64,000 bases of DNA from Pseudovirgaria hyperparasitica (Eukaryota): the NCBI GenBank assembly GCA_010093815.1, contig ML996570.1. One strand, 5' to 3'. The notes beneath the pieces are model-generated. The model had not been told where the DNA came from and did not search any database. It saw only the letters and a program-made list of their open reading frames with translations. Below, piece after piece: positions 13,898 through 25,557 of the stretch (its first letter is position 1; every line of letters begins with the position of its first letter). Both the position numbers and the translations under genes were made by a program.

Positions 13898-16323
13898 GAG
13901 AATGATCGCGCTTTGTGTACCAACCTACTACTCTGGTCTGAAATCTCCAGCTCGAGCTTGAAATGAGAAATCGACGGCCAATATGAGATATAACGACAAG
14001 CAGTGGGTGTCCTACGCCTTGGAGTGCTTACTCTCTCCGGTCTTGGTCGTCGAGAGGATCTTGAACCGCGGGAATCGCGCTACGCCAACCACCGTCTCGT
14101 CAATTAAGAACTCAATACCGCACTACTGGAGCATGCCAGACATCCTAGTAGGTCCAGTACACAAGACGTGTTACTGTGATTTATTTGATTGATACCACGG
14201 GCAGCCGATGAAGGTCATAATAGGCACATGTCGATGGATATAGATCTCGGAAAAATACATAATATCACCATTGACACTCACGAACCTTGACGTCACGAGT
14301 GAACTAACGTCAGGTATTGAAACCCAACATCGCCTTCCAACGCGTCTACTATATGCCGAGCATGGCGCTATGGCAATCGCCAACTCAAGATATAGCCCAA
14401 GTGTATCTGCTGCCAATTGTCAAATTGATATGCAGCCAAATATATGTCCGGCCCGCTGGCCTTACATACTAGTGACGCGATGATCTTCTATCAATATCGA
14501 TCGTGCACATCATCCCAGCCAAAACATATTTGTGCCGGAATCCACGACTGTCCATGACCGACTTCGATCACGGAACCTGCCGATCTTACAGACGACATTC
14601 GGCTCCGTTACATAGTGCATCGTAAACGCCGAGATCTTGCGAGCTTTCGCGAGGTGACGCAGGCCGCGATCGAAATTCTCTTAAGGCCTCTATTCATTTT
14701 CGTAATTGCGAACAACATAGCGTATCCCTAGGAATCTCAACCGACCAGTATGCGTCCTAGAGTTAGGAGAGGTGCACATTAGAAACCTGCATAACATCAC
14801 AAACGAAAAATACGAACACGCGAGTAAGACTAGCTAGTAAGGACTTCTTAAGCGAGTGTGAAGACCGTGGAAAGGCTGCACCTGGCGCCGGAGTTGGCTG
14901 GTGGCGCCCCGCCAGGATAGCCAGGTCACAGCCCTGTGGGATGAGGAGTCGTGCGGGTCATTCCGTCCGGTGTCTGATGGAAATCTCAGGACACGAAAAT
15001 TCCCTTCTTGGGAGGTAGGCGGCCAATGAGCACGCCACAGTCTTTGTGGAAGAGGGCGCTGACGGTGCGGCAGGGAAAACAAGAACGACGATGGATGGGC
15101 GTATGATCGTAGTCGTCTTATAACGGATGGCTCTATCTCGAATTGAATGAACATCACACTACTATCAGAGGTATGTGTATGACTTTCTTTTTGTGATATC
15201 TATACGCGTACATTACTTTTACATATTTGCTTTTCAGGTTTCGTCTATTGTGGCATGTCGCACTACACGGGATTTGAGGGCGATAGACCTCACTTCGTAA
15301 GTCAGTAACCTAAGCAGTGCTAGGAAATTTTATTTTCCGTTAGAGTCTGTTTGATAGGGTTTCAGGCGTTTCAAAGACCTTTCCTTTGTGATTTCTGCTT
15401 CAACACTTCTTTCTGACCTCACATGCACGCATCTGAGGTACGATGTAATAGTCTTGATTACCAAGGCATAGTCTCGGCTTACACCTTCATCTTTCTGCTC
15501 CGAAGAGCTATTCATCACAGTACCGATTGTTGGGCGAAATCAGTATCTATAGACCGTCAGTTGTAGGCGGTAAGGAGACCACCACAACTCCAGAGCAGGG
15601 CATTTGTCCACCATCAAAAGACAAACATCATATTCAGAGCCATGAACGTCGGCGGATCGACTTGCAGATAGATAACTACTCGTCTTTTAGACAAGTCAAA
15701 CTAAACACCAGAACTTCAAAATCGAGGACATCAGACGTGCCCAACGTACTTTCGCAAGAAGCCGACACGCAAAGTGAAGGCGAAAGTCAGACTGCACCCA
15801 GGTAATGGTGCATGATCCTATAACATAGTCGGAAGAGCTGAGTTCCCAAGCCGAGGGCAGACTCTGGAGGATGTAGTGTAGACATACAGTCACGGTTGTA
15901 TTCAAATGCTAGATCTTCTTCGAATTTAACACCGGCCTTCTATCTACACAACGCCCGGTCCACGCAAGGCCGTGAAACCAGTCGCTGCAGATTATGAGCA
16001 TAGTGAAGCAGATTATAATGCACAGAAGTAGTGCTGGCAGGCGGATTCGTGATATCAAGAGTCAATGCATCACTGCACAGTGAGTCAAGTAGCGTTCTTT
16101 TTCACCGCTTTGTATACATTGTTTTATCTCTCGACATATTCGGTAATGCCTAACACAAAGCCTGGTTGCGATATATGGCAGATCTCCGATTCGCGGCTAC
16201 GATACAACGGGCTTGTTTCGAACAGAGTGCGCAGCCGTAGAAACAAAGAAAATTTATCTCGCAATTCTATCAATGGGAGACTGGTACGAGCGATCTACCT
16301 CTGAGCAGATGTGTGCTATGCGC

Positions 16324-17401
16324 CTAGGAACTGGCAATAACGCGATAAGTGCCAACGATATCATCACCGTTCTTGATAGGCCCTAAGAAATGTCAGAGCG
16401 GGTATCAACAACAGGTACTCCTATTAACTTACAGCAGACCTCTCCTTCAACCTCGCCATCATCGCACTGGCCCTTTCCTGTGCTACAGTTCATGGTAGCC
16501 GTCCAGCCGACCTTACCAGATTGACCTGCAGGTACTGAGAACATCACTTGTTTAGATGTGCTTTCGGACTCAGTAAACTCTGTGCTGACACCAAGACTAA
16601 GAATATCGGCAATGCCTAAACTCATCGAGGTGGACCACTGTTGCGTACGTTCTTTAGTGATCGCGACTGAAGTTCCTCCACTGCCGCCTTGGACTTCCTG
16701 GTCATAGACAATCTGCACGTTGTCTGCAGGCTTTGTGAGAACCTCGCCTCCTTGCCAGCTGTTCTTGGTGCAGTCACGCTTGGACAGGATACTACGTGTC
16801 TGATGCTTCGCTCCCTGGAGCTCTGGTGGAGGGCCAACCTCAGCAGGCTCAATAATCGTACCGTTGGCATGCTTCAGGTATACACCACCGCGAGCACCGA
16901 CAGTTACAGAGCGAGCACCACCGAGTCCGCGGATCATCTTTGCTCCAGCACTGTCACAGTCGGTACCACAGCAAGTCTGAACCATAAAAGATGACTCCAT
17001 CGCCAAGGCGACACATGCCGGCTGCTTGAAAGCACCAATGGCAACACCACAGCCTGCGAGATCTGTACCGGCAGGTGTCTTGATGATTGTAGCACAGCCT
17101 GGCTCATGTGCTTGCACATCGAAGAAGACTGAGTAGCCACTTTGCTACGATTAGCATTCCAATCTGAACGTTGAATATTACTTGAGACTCACCCTCCCTC
17201 CGTACCCTGGTACCCTTGATTGGCGAAAACATCTTCCGAGTTGTAGACGACGCATTCTGGGTAACCGGTTCCAGCACTGGCGACAGCAGATGGACACTGC
17301 TCACAGGTGTTTTCGGTACACATGTAGAATGGATCTTGCGCAGCCACAGATGAGGCAAGAGCGGCTATAAGCACGCTGACTGAGATTCTGGAAGGCATCA
17401 T
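16324..17401 (-). CDS. Secreted Cys-rich protein with KR processing site and C-terminal aerolysin/ETX-MTX2-like Ser/Thr-rich beta domain (3 exons)
   Basis: Signal peptide MMPSRISVSVLIAALASSVAAQ. Introns 17140-17192 and 16383-16432 keep the frame. Sequence ILSKR|DC...TKERTQQWSTSMSLGIADILSLGVSTEFTESESTSKQVMFSVPAGQSG; ends WPIKNGDDIVGTYRVIASS*. The gene model is well supported; the fold call is inference. Confidence 0.8.
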
Positions 17402-18814
17402 AGAGACTGGTTTGGAAGCAAAGATTGTGTGAGTTTGAAGGTTTAAACTGTGATGAGGACGAGTCTCTGGGGGAGGCAAAGTAAGTTTATATATTCTTTG
17501 AACCCTCCTTCCACAGAGATTAGATTTTTGCAATTGCTCCAAGGAGCCTAATCAAGTTGATATCCTCGTCTCAGATCTCCTGAGCAGCCCTCCTGAACAA
17601 AACAATACATGTCATCAAATTTTACGACCATCGTCATCACCGACCTGATTTCTCGTTTACATCAGTACAATGATGTAATAAGGTTACCCCAGGATTGACG
17701 CTTGCTCCCACAAAATAACGCTTCATCCTACGTGTTGAGCGATTAGGTACAAGAATCGTTCCGCGGCCTTTTAAGCACTGTAAACAGTAGTAGTTTCGCC
17801 TAACAGCGCTAATTTTACCAACGAACGTAAGTTCGCCGCTAAAGCTTCCAATCCTACTCCACGCCGTCGTGGCTATCACCACCAAATCGTGGGTCCAGAT
17901 CTTGGCATTCACAGCCTTGGTGCTTTTTCATTTGGAATGTGGTGCTAGATCTACGATTCGACTCGCCTCCTGATGTTACTAACGACTTTAACTTAGATCC
18001 TTGATACAATCTCCACGAATGGCAAGTCTCAAATACGTAAAATTTGACCATGCTCCTCGTGATACTGTCAGGAACGTGCCGAATGGCCACGATGGAGCCA
18101 GGAGCTCGCTCAACGGTCAATGTGCTGCCTCTTGCCGGTCCGCGAGGCTGGATATGCGATTGTAGTATTCAAGGATCAGTCTAGCCTGTCTTGAGAGCAT
18201 CCTCCGTCAACGAATGCTATCATTCGAGACGCTATCGCTAATATCTACCCATACACATGCGAGTATCCCGACCTCGTTCGTCGTCACGTGGCGTCTTTTC
18301 ACTTGGCATGCATGCAAATAAACATCCCCATGGGGCTGGGAATCCTATGGTCAATATCGTAGCGTACAAGTCGACGTCAGAAACCCAAACTCAGATGTTG
18401 GCCATCGAAGAATGCCTTTGCATTTGGCTTGACCCAACAGACCATGGAGTCCATGAGACAATAAACTATCTGTGATGAAGCTAGACCTGAGGGAAGAGGT
18501 GACATCGTGGGCAAGAGAACGGATCCATGAGGATTTGGAATTGAGCAGTTCCCATCAGGAGCAATGTTACACTAAAGATTTGTACCATTAGAATATCACG
18601 AACTTGTGAGGACTGATGGCAATCCCCGTAAGACTAGCGTAACATAATCTACAATCTGAACTCCACACTCATTGAGCCTGAATTCTGGTATAAAAAGATG
18701 AGGCGTGCCTCTTCTCCACCTATTCCATCATATTCCTCTTAGACGATATACTGCGCCTACTGAATCCCCTTCTTTTCAGGTCAACGAAAAAGCTTTTTGC
18801 CTCAAGTTTTCACG

Positions 18815-19468
18815 ATGCTCTTCCAACACTCTCTTGCCACCCTCATCTCTCTCTTCGCCCTCACCTCCGCCATACCTCTCTCAGAGTACAAAGCCCAATA
18901 CACTGCCTCTGAAATTGAGGCCCTGCAAGCTCGTCAAGATCAAGAGTATAACTTCTGGTCTGTCCACACCTCCTTTTTCTTACACAAGGCATCGTCACCC
19001 CAGCAAATATTTCATCAGTCGCCCTTTGAGATATATTGATATATTAACGTCCGCAGGCGCGTTGACTTCTACACTTCCGGCTGTGATGATGAGCCCGCTA
19101 GTGGCTTCAGCGGCATGAACGACCAGATTTTCGAATGCACTGGTGGAGCTGAGGGTGGATTTGTATGTGCCTCATATTCCCTTCTCCCATTAATTATGTG
19201 TCATACCTACCTCTAGAGCCTCGTGTTGAGGAACGCCGCACTGACGTCTTCAATCACAGCACAACGCCAAGATGACTGATATGGCGAAGAACGGCCGTAA
19301 GGTCGTGCTGTACTCTGATCTTGCCTGTAGGAATGAGATTGGACAGGTTCTCAGGGATGGGACTTGTGTTGCTGCGGCTAGTGATGTAAGTTCTCATTTG
19401 ACTCGTGATGTGAGAGTGCTAATCTATGGTAGTCGGTCATCGAGGGTTACGCTATCGTGCCGTTTTAG
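18815..19468 (+). CDS. Small secreted Cys-containing protein, candidate effector (4 exons, ~135 aa)
   Basis: TATAAAA at ~18689. Spliced sequence MLFQHSLATLISLFALTSAIP...EYNFW|RVDFYTSGCDDEP...FECTGGAEGGF|HNAKMTD...KVVLYSDLACRNEIGQVLRDGTCVAAASD|SVIEGYAIVPF*. Three GT-AG introns; 4 Cys. Confidence 0.75.
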
Positions 19469-19658
19469 ACAAGTGACACAAGAGTTTGAACGCTGTTTGT
19501 GACTTCGAGCATACTGCACCAGTTGTTTAGATTCACTCCATAGTTATGTAAAAAGATCGTAATAAGACTTGAACCCCTCTGCGCTTCACTATGAACACCG
19601 ACCATACCAGAAACGCCTCACATGCAATAGCCGCTCCGAACAAAGACTCACTCCCATC

Positions 19659-21502
19659 TCAGTGGGTATTGACAGCATAGAAGTTCCAAAGCACACACCC
19701 CTTGTCGCCGCTTTCCAGGAACGATCCCAGATCCAGCTTGCTCGGATCACTTCCCACACATTGCCCCTTTGGCTCTACTCCCATGACTTTCCTAAGGTAC
19801 CTTTTGCACCGATCTCCGTGAATCTCGTACTTCTGTCGTGCCCCACAGCCCCAGTTTTGAGGTGTGCCAAAGTCCTGATACGCTGCTTCTGCTCGCACGA
19901 CAAGGTCGCCAAGGCTTCCTTTGTCAGTGACTCTCTTGCCGTCATTGGTGTAGTAGTAGGCGCATGCCGCCATACCGTCCTGAGCGCACGTGTCCTGAAT
20001 AAAGGCATTGGACGCCGGGATCTTGTCAGGGTCCAGCGTGTACGACTGGCCGTCGCCGGAGCGGTCGCAGAACTGACTGATGACGTCTTCGGCCATTTCA
20101 GGACTGATAGCGATGTGCTCGCCCTGGCTGATAAAGCCCTTGTCTTTGTTGTCTGGATAGCAGGAGAAGACGTCTACACCATTGGGGTGGAACTCGAAAG
20201 CGCCGCAATTGTCTGTGTCCGTGGTGATGCCGCCGTGCTTATAGTTGACGCTGCCCGTGTCGCAATTATCGACAGTTTCGCTGAGGTACTTGACACAGAG
20301 GTCTTTCTCGATTGTGTAGGATCCACTGCCTGTACATTTGTCTGAGTAACTGGCTGTGAAGGCGGACTCCTTGATGTAGCTGCCGTCATCCTTGGCCTTC
20401 AATACATGGCCATCCTGTGCCGTGCAGAAGTTATTGATCGCGTCTATTGCCGCGTCACGGTACATGTATTTAACAAAGATGTCACTAGAAGGGTTTTTGC
20501 AGCTAGATTCAGTCCTTGGATCGGCGTTGACCATGAAGTTGTAGGTGCCGCAGCCTTGTTCGAGGGAGCCACCACCGAACATCGAGTGAGAATCATACTG
20601 GCCTATGTCTATCATCAGTATGTTGAGATGCAATGCGGTCTTGTGATTCAGAACTTACACATGGAAAGAATTCTGCCAACAGCGTCGTTACAATTCTTGG
20701 CGCATCCATCATGTGTGCTAGAATACTTAAAGTCAAATTTCACTCGTACACTCTGAAGTTTGTCGTTCTTCCATGAGCTATCGTTTGGAAGGTCAGGCTG
20801 TCCAATCTCCTTGCTCTGATCCTTAGTAAGGTCCATCTTGCAAAACACTTCTGCAAGCGCCTTGATGTATCCCGGATCAGTTCCGCGTAGCAGTTGGTTA
20901 TTGCTGCCATACTTCTCACACTTAGGCGCAATCTCTTCGGCGTTATCTGGGGGTGAGCCCGCAGTCCATTGTGGCTGGTTGTCAACTTTCTTGAAGTCCA
21001 CTTTTGAGCCACCCGTGGGGAATGGACATGACGGTGGGTCACTTGTCTTTGGAGGGTCTGTCGTCTTTGGGGGCTCGTTATTCTGGCTTGATGTACTATA
21101 CTCAGGAGGGTTCGTTGGAGCTGGAGGCTCGCCAGGTATAGGTTTGTATAACCATGCAGCAAGGGCACCAGCGGCGACTATACCAGCACCAGCAGCAACG
21201 GCGATGGCAACAGTCTCTACAGCGCCATTTTCCTCCGTGAGTGTAGTTGTGACGGTGGTTGCGGCCGTGATAGGGGGCACTAAGCCACTAATCGCCAAGG
21301 ATGTTGGTGTAAATGTTTGGACAACCGTCGACCCATCGGCACCAGTATTTGTGAGTAACACTGGAGTGACTACAGGTGTCGTTACTTCAGGTGCCTCTTG
21401 CGGAAGTGGTTTGGCAGCCACGTCTGTGGAGTATGAGTTCCATAGTAGGAGATAGGTAGCAAGTCGTCTCTTAGAGAAGGGGGTTCGTCCAAAGAAACTC
21501 AT
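19659..21502 (-). CDS. Probably secreted protein: Thr/Pro-rich N-terminal region, hydrophobic segment, and three tandem Cys-rich KP4/Ecp2-like domains (2 exons)
   Basis: ORFs 20648-21550 and 19659-20633 join through intron 20603-20658 (M-T|GC = C). Three repeats of xxFC...Cxxx(L/V)xxxxxxC...G(G/S)...GC/CG-x-(Y/F/W)xF. The signal peptide is atypical. Confidence 0.75.
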
Positions 21503-22367
21503 AATGGATGCAATGCTGAGTTGTGCAGTGAAGATTGTTCGGATATACATTGTGACAAGGCCATGGCATCAGAGAGATATATAGAGATGCTTCGTAGACT
21601 TGTTCGTGACTTGCTCAGTGAATGTTCATAATTAGAACATCTCTTGCATCCGCTAAGGAGGATCTTCATCGTTGATAGAAGCTGAAAGTCTGACCAACAT
21701 GCTGTTTCAAGATTCATGAATCCATACCATAGCCTCATAGAGGCTATTCTCATCATAAAATGTGGATACGACCGTACGGTGGGGTCGGTGTTGTAGTCTG
21801 GAGCATAGAGAGATCTTAGAGCTAGACAACTATAGTCGATTACCTTTTGTGTGAAGATCGGCAATCGCCGCAAAATGGCCGTTAATAGAAGCTTATAGTG
21901 GGGCGAGGGGTAATCCCTGTAGTAGCGTGGTAGGCGCAGGCTTACTCCCAGATGAACCCCCCTCAGCCTCTGCCCTATGGCATCTATACGCTTAAGCATC
22001 TCACGTTATCTAATCGTCGCTATAGCTCGTACACATCCACTGTTGTGTTTCATGTGTAGTCTAAAATCCCGAAGATCTAAATTTGTGCTATGTGCGATTC
22101 ATCCGCTGCCCCTTCAGCATGCTATCGTGACCTTGTTAGATCACAACATCCCACATCCAACATGGAACCGACAATGAGCCACTCAAGCTCGACGCGAAAA
22201 TCTAATTTTGACCTTCGGCGGATCATAGTCACCCCAAATGTCACCGCCGCAGTCGCAAGATCCCGTAAGCAGAATGGCCGAGTCTTGATATATAGAGAGA
22301 AAGTTATGAGCCGATTAAACAAGACATTCCAGAGCATATCCTATTTCCTTCTAAGTCGACGAGTACA

Positions 22368-23467
22368 ATGAAGTCCTTACTATTCCTCCCATTCTGCTCT
22401 CTTTGTGCGGCACTGGTTGTTTCGACTCCAGACAATGTCAAAGCTACGCATATCGCACCTCGCGTTGGCCAGTCTTTCACAAATCCAGACAACGAGCCTC
22501 AATACGAAGACCCAGTGACCAAGGCAAAAGTGGATAAGGCTAAGATTCTGAGTGGTGTAGGCCCCAAGGAAGCAGACGATAGGTGGTTCGATTGGGACGA
22601 GACCTGCACTGATGCCGACCAACGCAAGATCATCTTTCAGACCTTCGAGCATACTATTCTGATGGCAGATTATGGGGCTAGTCATCTTGATAATCTCAAG
22701 AAGGGCCTTCCAGAACCAGTAACGGATGATGCTTCAAAGCCGAACGACAATAATCGCAAAGCTATCTTCCAGACCGATCCCGCCTATGCCCAGATGTTTA
22801 ATGGACACGACAATCGTATAAAATATGTCCGAGACACTTTTGGACTTGTGTCAAGCGAGGCACAAAAGGCTCCTGGTGCTAGAAATGGACAGAAACAGGG
22901 AGCTCTACGTTTCATTTGCGATAAAACTGGCGCAATCAGGAGCGGAGATGGTACGAAAGGGGCTTGCGAGTAAGTTGTTACAGCATCTGACAACGACTTA
23001 CTTACTGGCTGACAACATACTATAGTGGTGGCACTCAAGCCTTTACTCTTGGTCCCTATGATCCAAAGTATGAGCCAACTATTGACATCAAGTGGAGCTT
23101 CGAGACTTCGTCCAGCATCACGTTTTGCCCACCATTTTTCGATGACAGCAAGTTCCCCAACATAGCCGATAGAGTCGGCCTCCCACAGGATCAGCAGACG
23201 TTGGACAAAGTCGATAACCGGGAGCGGATCTTGCTACATGAGTACACTCATCTACCGTGGGTCCGAAATCTTAATCCTGGGGCGAATCTTGACTTCATCG
23301 GATACCAGAATGCGGCGCAGGTAATGGCGAAGTCGGGTTGGGGACAGGCTAAGAAGACTCCAGACAACTATGCTTGGCTCACTGTATATGCCTACTTTAA
23401 CAATGACGCTGGAGGCTGCCTGGACGATGCATGGCCTAAAGGTGAAGATAAACCTTGCAAGCTATGA
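22368..23467 (+). CDS. Secreted zinc metalloprotease, M35 deuterolysin/aspzincin-like (2 exons)
   Basis: Signal peptide MKSLLFLPFCSLCAA. Intron 22970-23025. Motifs ITFCPPFF, ILLHEYTH (HEXXH), downstream Asp in NLDFIGY, and TPDNYAW (cf. NADNY). Confidence 0.8.
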
Positions 23468-23565
23468 TACATAGCGGGCATACAGTGGTGGGGTTGCTAG
23501 TCTCGTGTTACATTGAAGTTGCTGGAGTTTTTTTGCCTAGTCCTGAATATATATCCTGAATTATC

Positions 23566-24882
23566 TCAACTTGTCTTCAAAAGCTCCTCGTACTCTTCTT
23601 GCCCAGGTACACCATAGTCATACCCAGACGGTGGCGGGTGATGATCCACGTACGACTCCTCGGTCCAATTCACATTAGACACGGGACAGTCTTGTATCAA
23701 CGCATGGATCTCCTCAAGATTAGCATAAGGACTGAACATGTCATTTCCCTCTAAGATATTGAATCCTCGTACTTCTATTCGAGCGAGACGAGGAAATGAC
23801 TGTATGGTGAGTACTTTCAAGACTTGCCCAAGGAAAGAGGCGGCAAGAACGAGGACATTAGGCTGCATGTATGTTGAGAACGTGAGGCGATCTGTCCCAC
23901 AACCTGAAGAGTTGGGCTCCTCGTAGTGAATTGAATCGTTGCCAAAGTACAGGACGAGTGATTCGAGTGATTTCCTGGTCTTGAGCATGATTCGAACCGT
24001 GTGTTGATACATGGTCTCGTAGTTCCGAAGATCAATCTCCATGTTGATTGGCGCTAACTTCACTTCCAAATGTGTAAGTGACAGGGAGTGGGAAGATAGT
24101 AAGCGTAACGGAAACCACATGGGACCAGGAAAGACGCATGCGCTCCCTGATTCCTGCCGCTGGAATAATGCTTCATCAATAGGGCCAGATATCTCCGCTC
24201 TGTTCTTTAAATTGGGAATGTAAGGATCCGCAAGATCCTCAAGCATAGGCAGACCTCCTGGCAATGAACCCTCGTCTCCTAGATGGTCTAAGCGCAAGCT
24301 ACGAAGATCGCTCGGCTCGAGGGCTGTGATGATGGCTCTCACAAGTTTCCGATTCATAGATCCTACGAGCCGGAGATCAGTGACAGCAGGAAACAAACGT
24401 GGTGGAGGTTGGCGACTGTATTCGATCTCACGTTCGCCGAGTATTTGTGCTAGGTCCAATCGAGTGACACTATTGAGCCGATCAAAGACCACCCAAGTTT
24501 CGCGGTCAATATCCGTAAGATCTGAACAATCCGAGTACACGAGTGTCCAAGTGAAGGAGTGGACATGAGTAGCGAGCTCTGGTCGGTCTGTCATGAGCTG
24601 GAGGAATGCGCGCTGGCGAGGAACCAGATTGCCAGGTTTGAATTTGTCATTGAAACTGGCGTACACAACAGGCATGACTACGTCATCCTCAAACTCAGGC
24701 AGTCTACCTCGATTGTGGCAGCTCAAGTCGACATGATAAAGAAGATATGGAAGGGAGAAAGCGTGCCATGCGGTGCAAGTGAGACCAGCTGCGATCAAAG
24801 ACTCGCTGTCTCCGACCAATGTTTCGAAAATGGACACTAGAATGTCAGATGGTATTTCTGGCATCTTCAAAGATGGCGCCAT
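23566..24882 (-). CDS. F-box-like protein with LRR-like region (intronless, 438 aa)
   Basis: N-terminal EIPSDILVSIFETL...LIAAGLTCTAWHAFSLPYLLYHVDL is F-box-like, followed by LxxLxL motifs. Confidence 0.7.
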   Translation of the reverse strand: MAPSLKMPEIPSDILVSIFETLVGDSESLIAAGLTCTAWHAFSLPYLLYHVDLSCHNRGRLPEFEDDVVMPVVYASFNDKFKPGNLVPRQRAFLQLMTDRPELATHVHSFTWTLVYSDCSDLTDIDRETWVVFDRLNSVTRLDLAQILGEREIEYSRQPPPRLFPAVTDLRLVGSMNRKLVRAIITALEPSDLRSLRLDHLGDEGSLPGGLPMLEDLADPYIPNLKNRAEISGPIDEALFQRQESGSACVFPGPMWFPLRLLSSHSLSLTHLEVKLAPINMEIDLRNYETMYQHTVRIMLKTRKSLESLVLYFGNDSIHYEEPNSSGCGTDRLTFSTYMQPNVLVLAASFLGQVLKVLTIQSFPRLARIEVRGFNILEGNDMFSPYANLEEIHALIQDCPVSNVNWTEESYVDHHPPPSGYDYGVPGQEEYEELLKTS

Positions 24883-25557
24883 CCTCTTATAAGTGATGGA
24901 ATTAGTGTCGTGTTGCGTAAGATGTTAAAGCGAAAAGGCGTAGTTGCCTTCTGTATCGGTATCGACAAGCGTTTCAAGTCGCTTTGGAGGAATGAAGTGA
25001 CGACCCCATCGAGGAGGTATAAGTTGAGGTTTTGGCTTCATGCGATGATGATGGAGGGTGAAGACAGGTCGGGGACAGCTTGGCCACACTGTTGGAGAAG
25101 TGAGATAGTGGTGTTTTGGTGGTATTCTAGCGCTGACAGGATCCATTCAGCCTCAGAGGACCCCACTAAGACTCCTAAATTAGGACACGATTCCCTGAAC
25201 CTTGCGAAATACACATACTTGTACTTGCGATCAATAGGTGAAAGCATATTCTATCAATCGATGACGACCGGTCTCCATCGACAAGCAGTGTTGAGAGATG
25301 AGGGCGAAGCATTGCAACCGCATATACCCTTCTATTTATGCCATACGAGGCTATGGAAACATGAAGAACTATCTCATCGACCAAGCGCATGCTTCTCCTC
25401 GTAAATGCCGCATCATGTCAAGCTGACCTGTCAACAGGCTCTCACATGGTTTGCCATCCCATCGCCAGCAATATGCAAAGGACATCTACCATATTAGACA
25501 TTTAAGGCATCCCACAGCATCATATTGCCACGCGCATTCCCTTCCTGGGGTCGCTAT

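Noticed and set aside
13950..16300. Short ORFs and a possible decayed gene on the minus strand (~14000-14700)
   Set aside because: Frames are interrupted and carry no recognisable motif, so a pseudogene call cannot be supported.
19569..21455. Long plus-strand ORFs (258 aa, 205 aa)
   Set aside because: Antisense shadows of the minus-strand Cys-rich gene.
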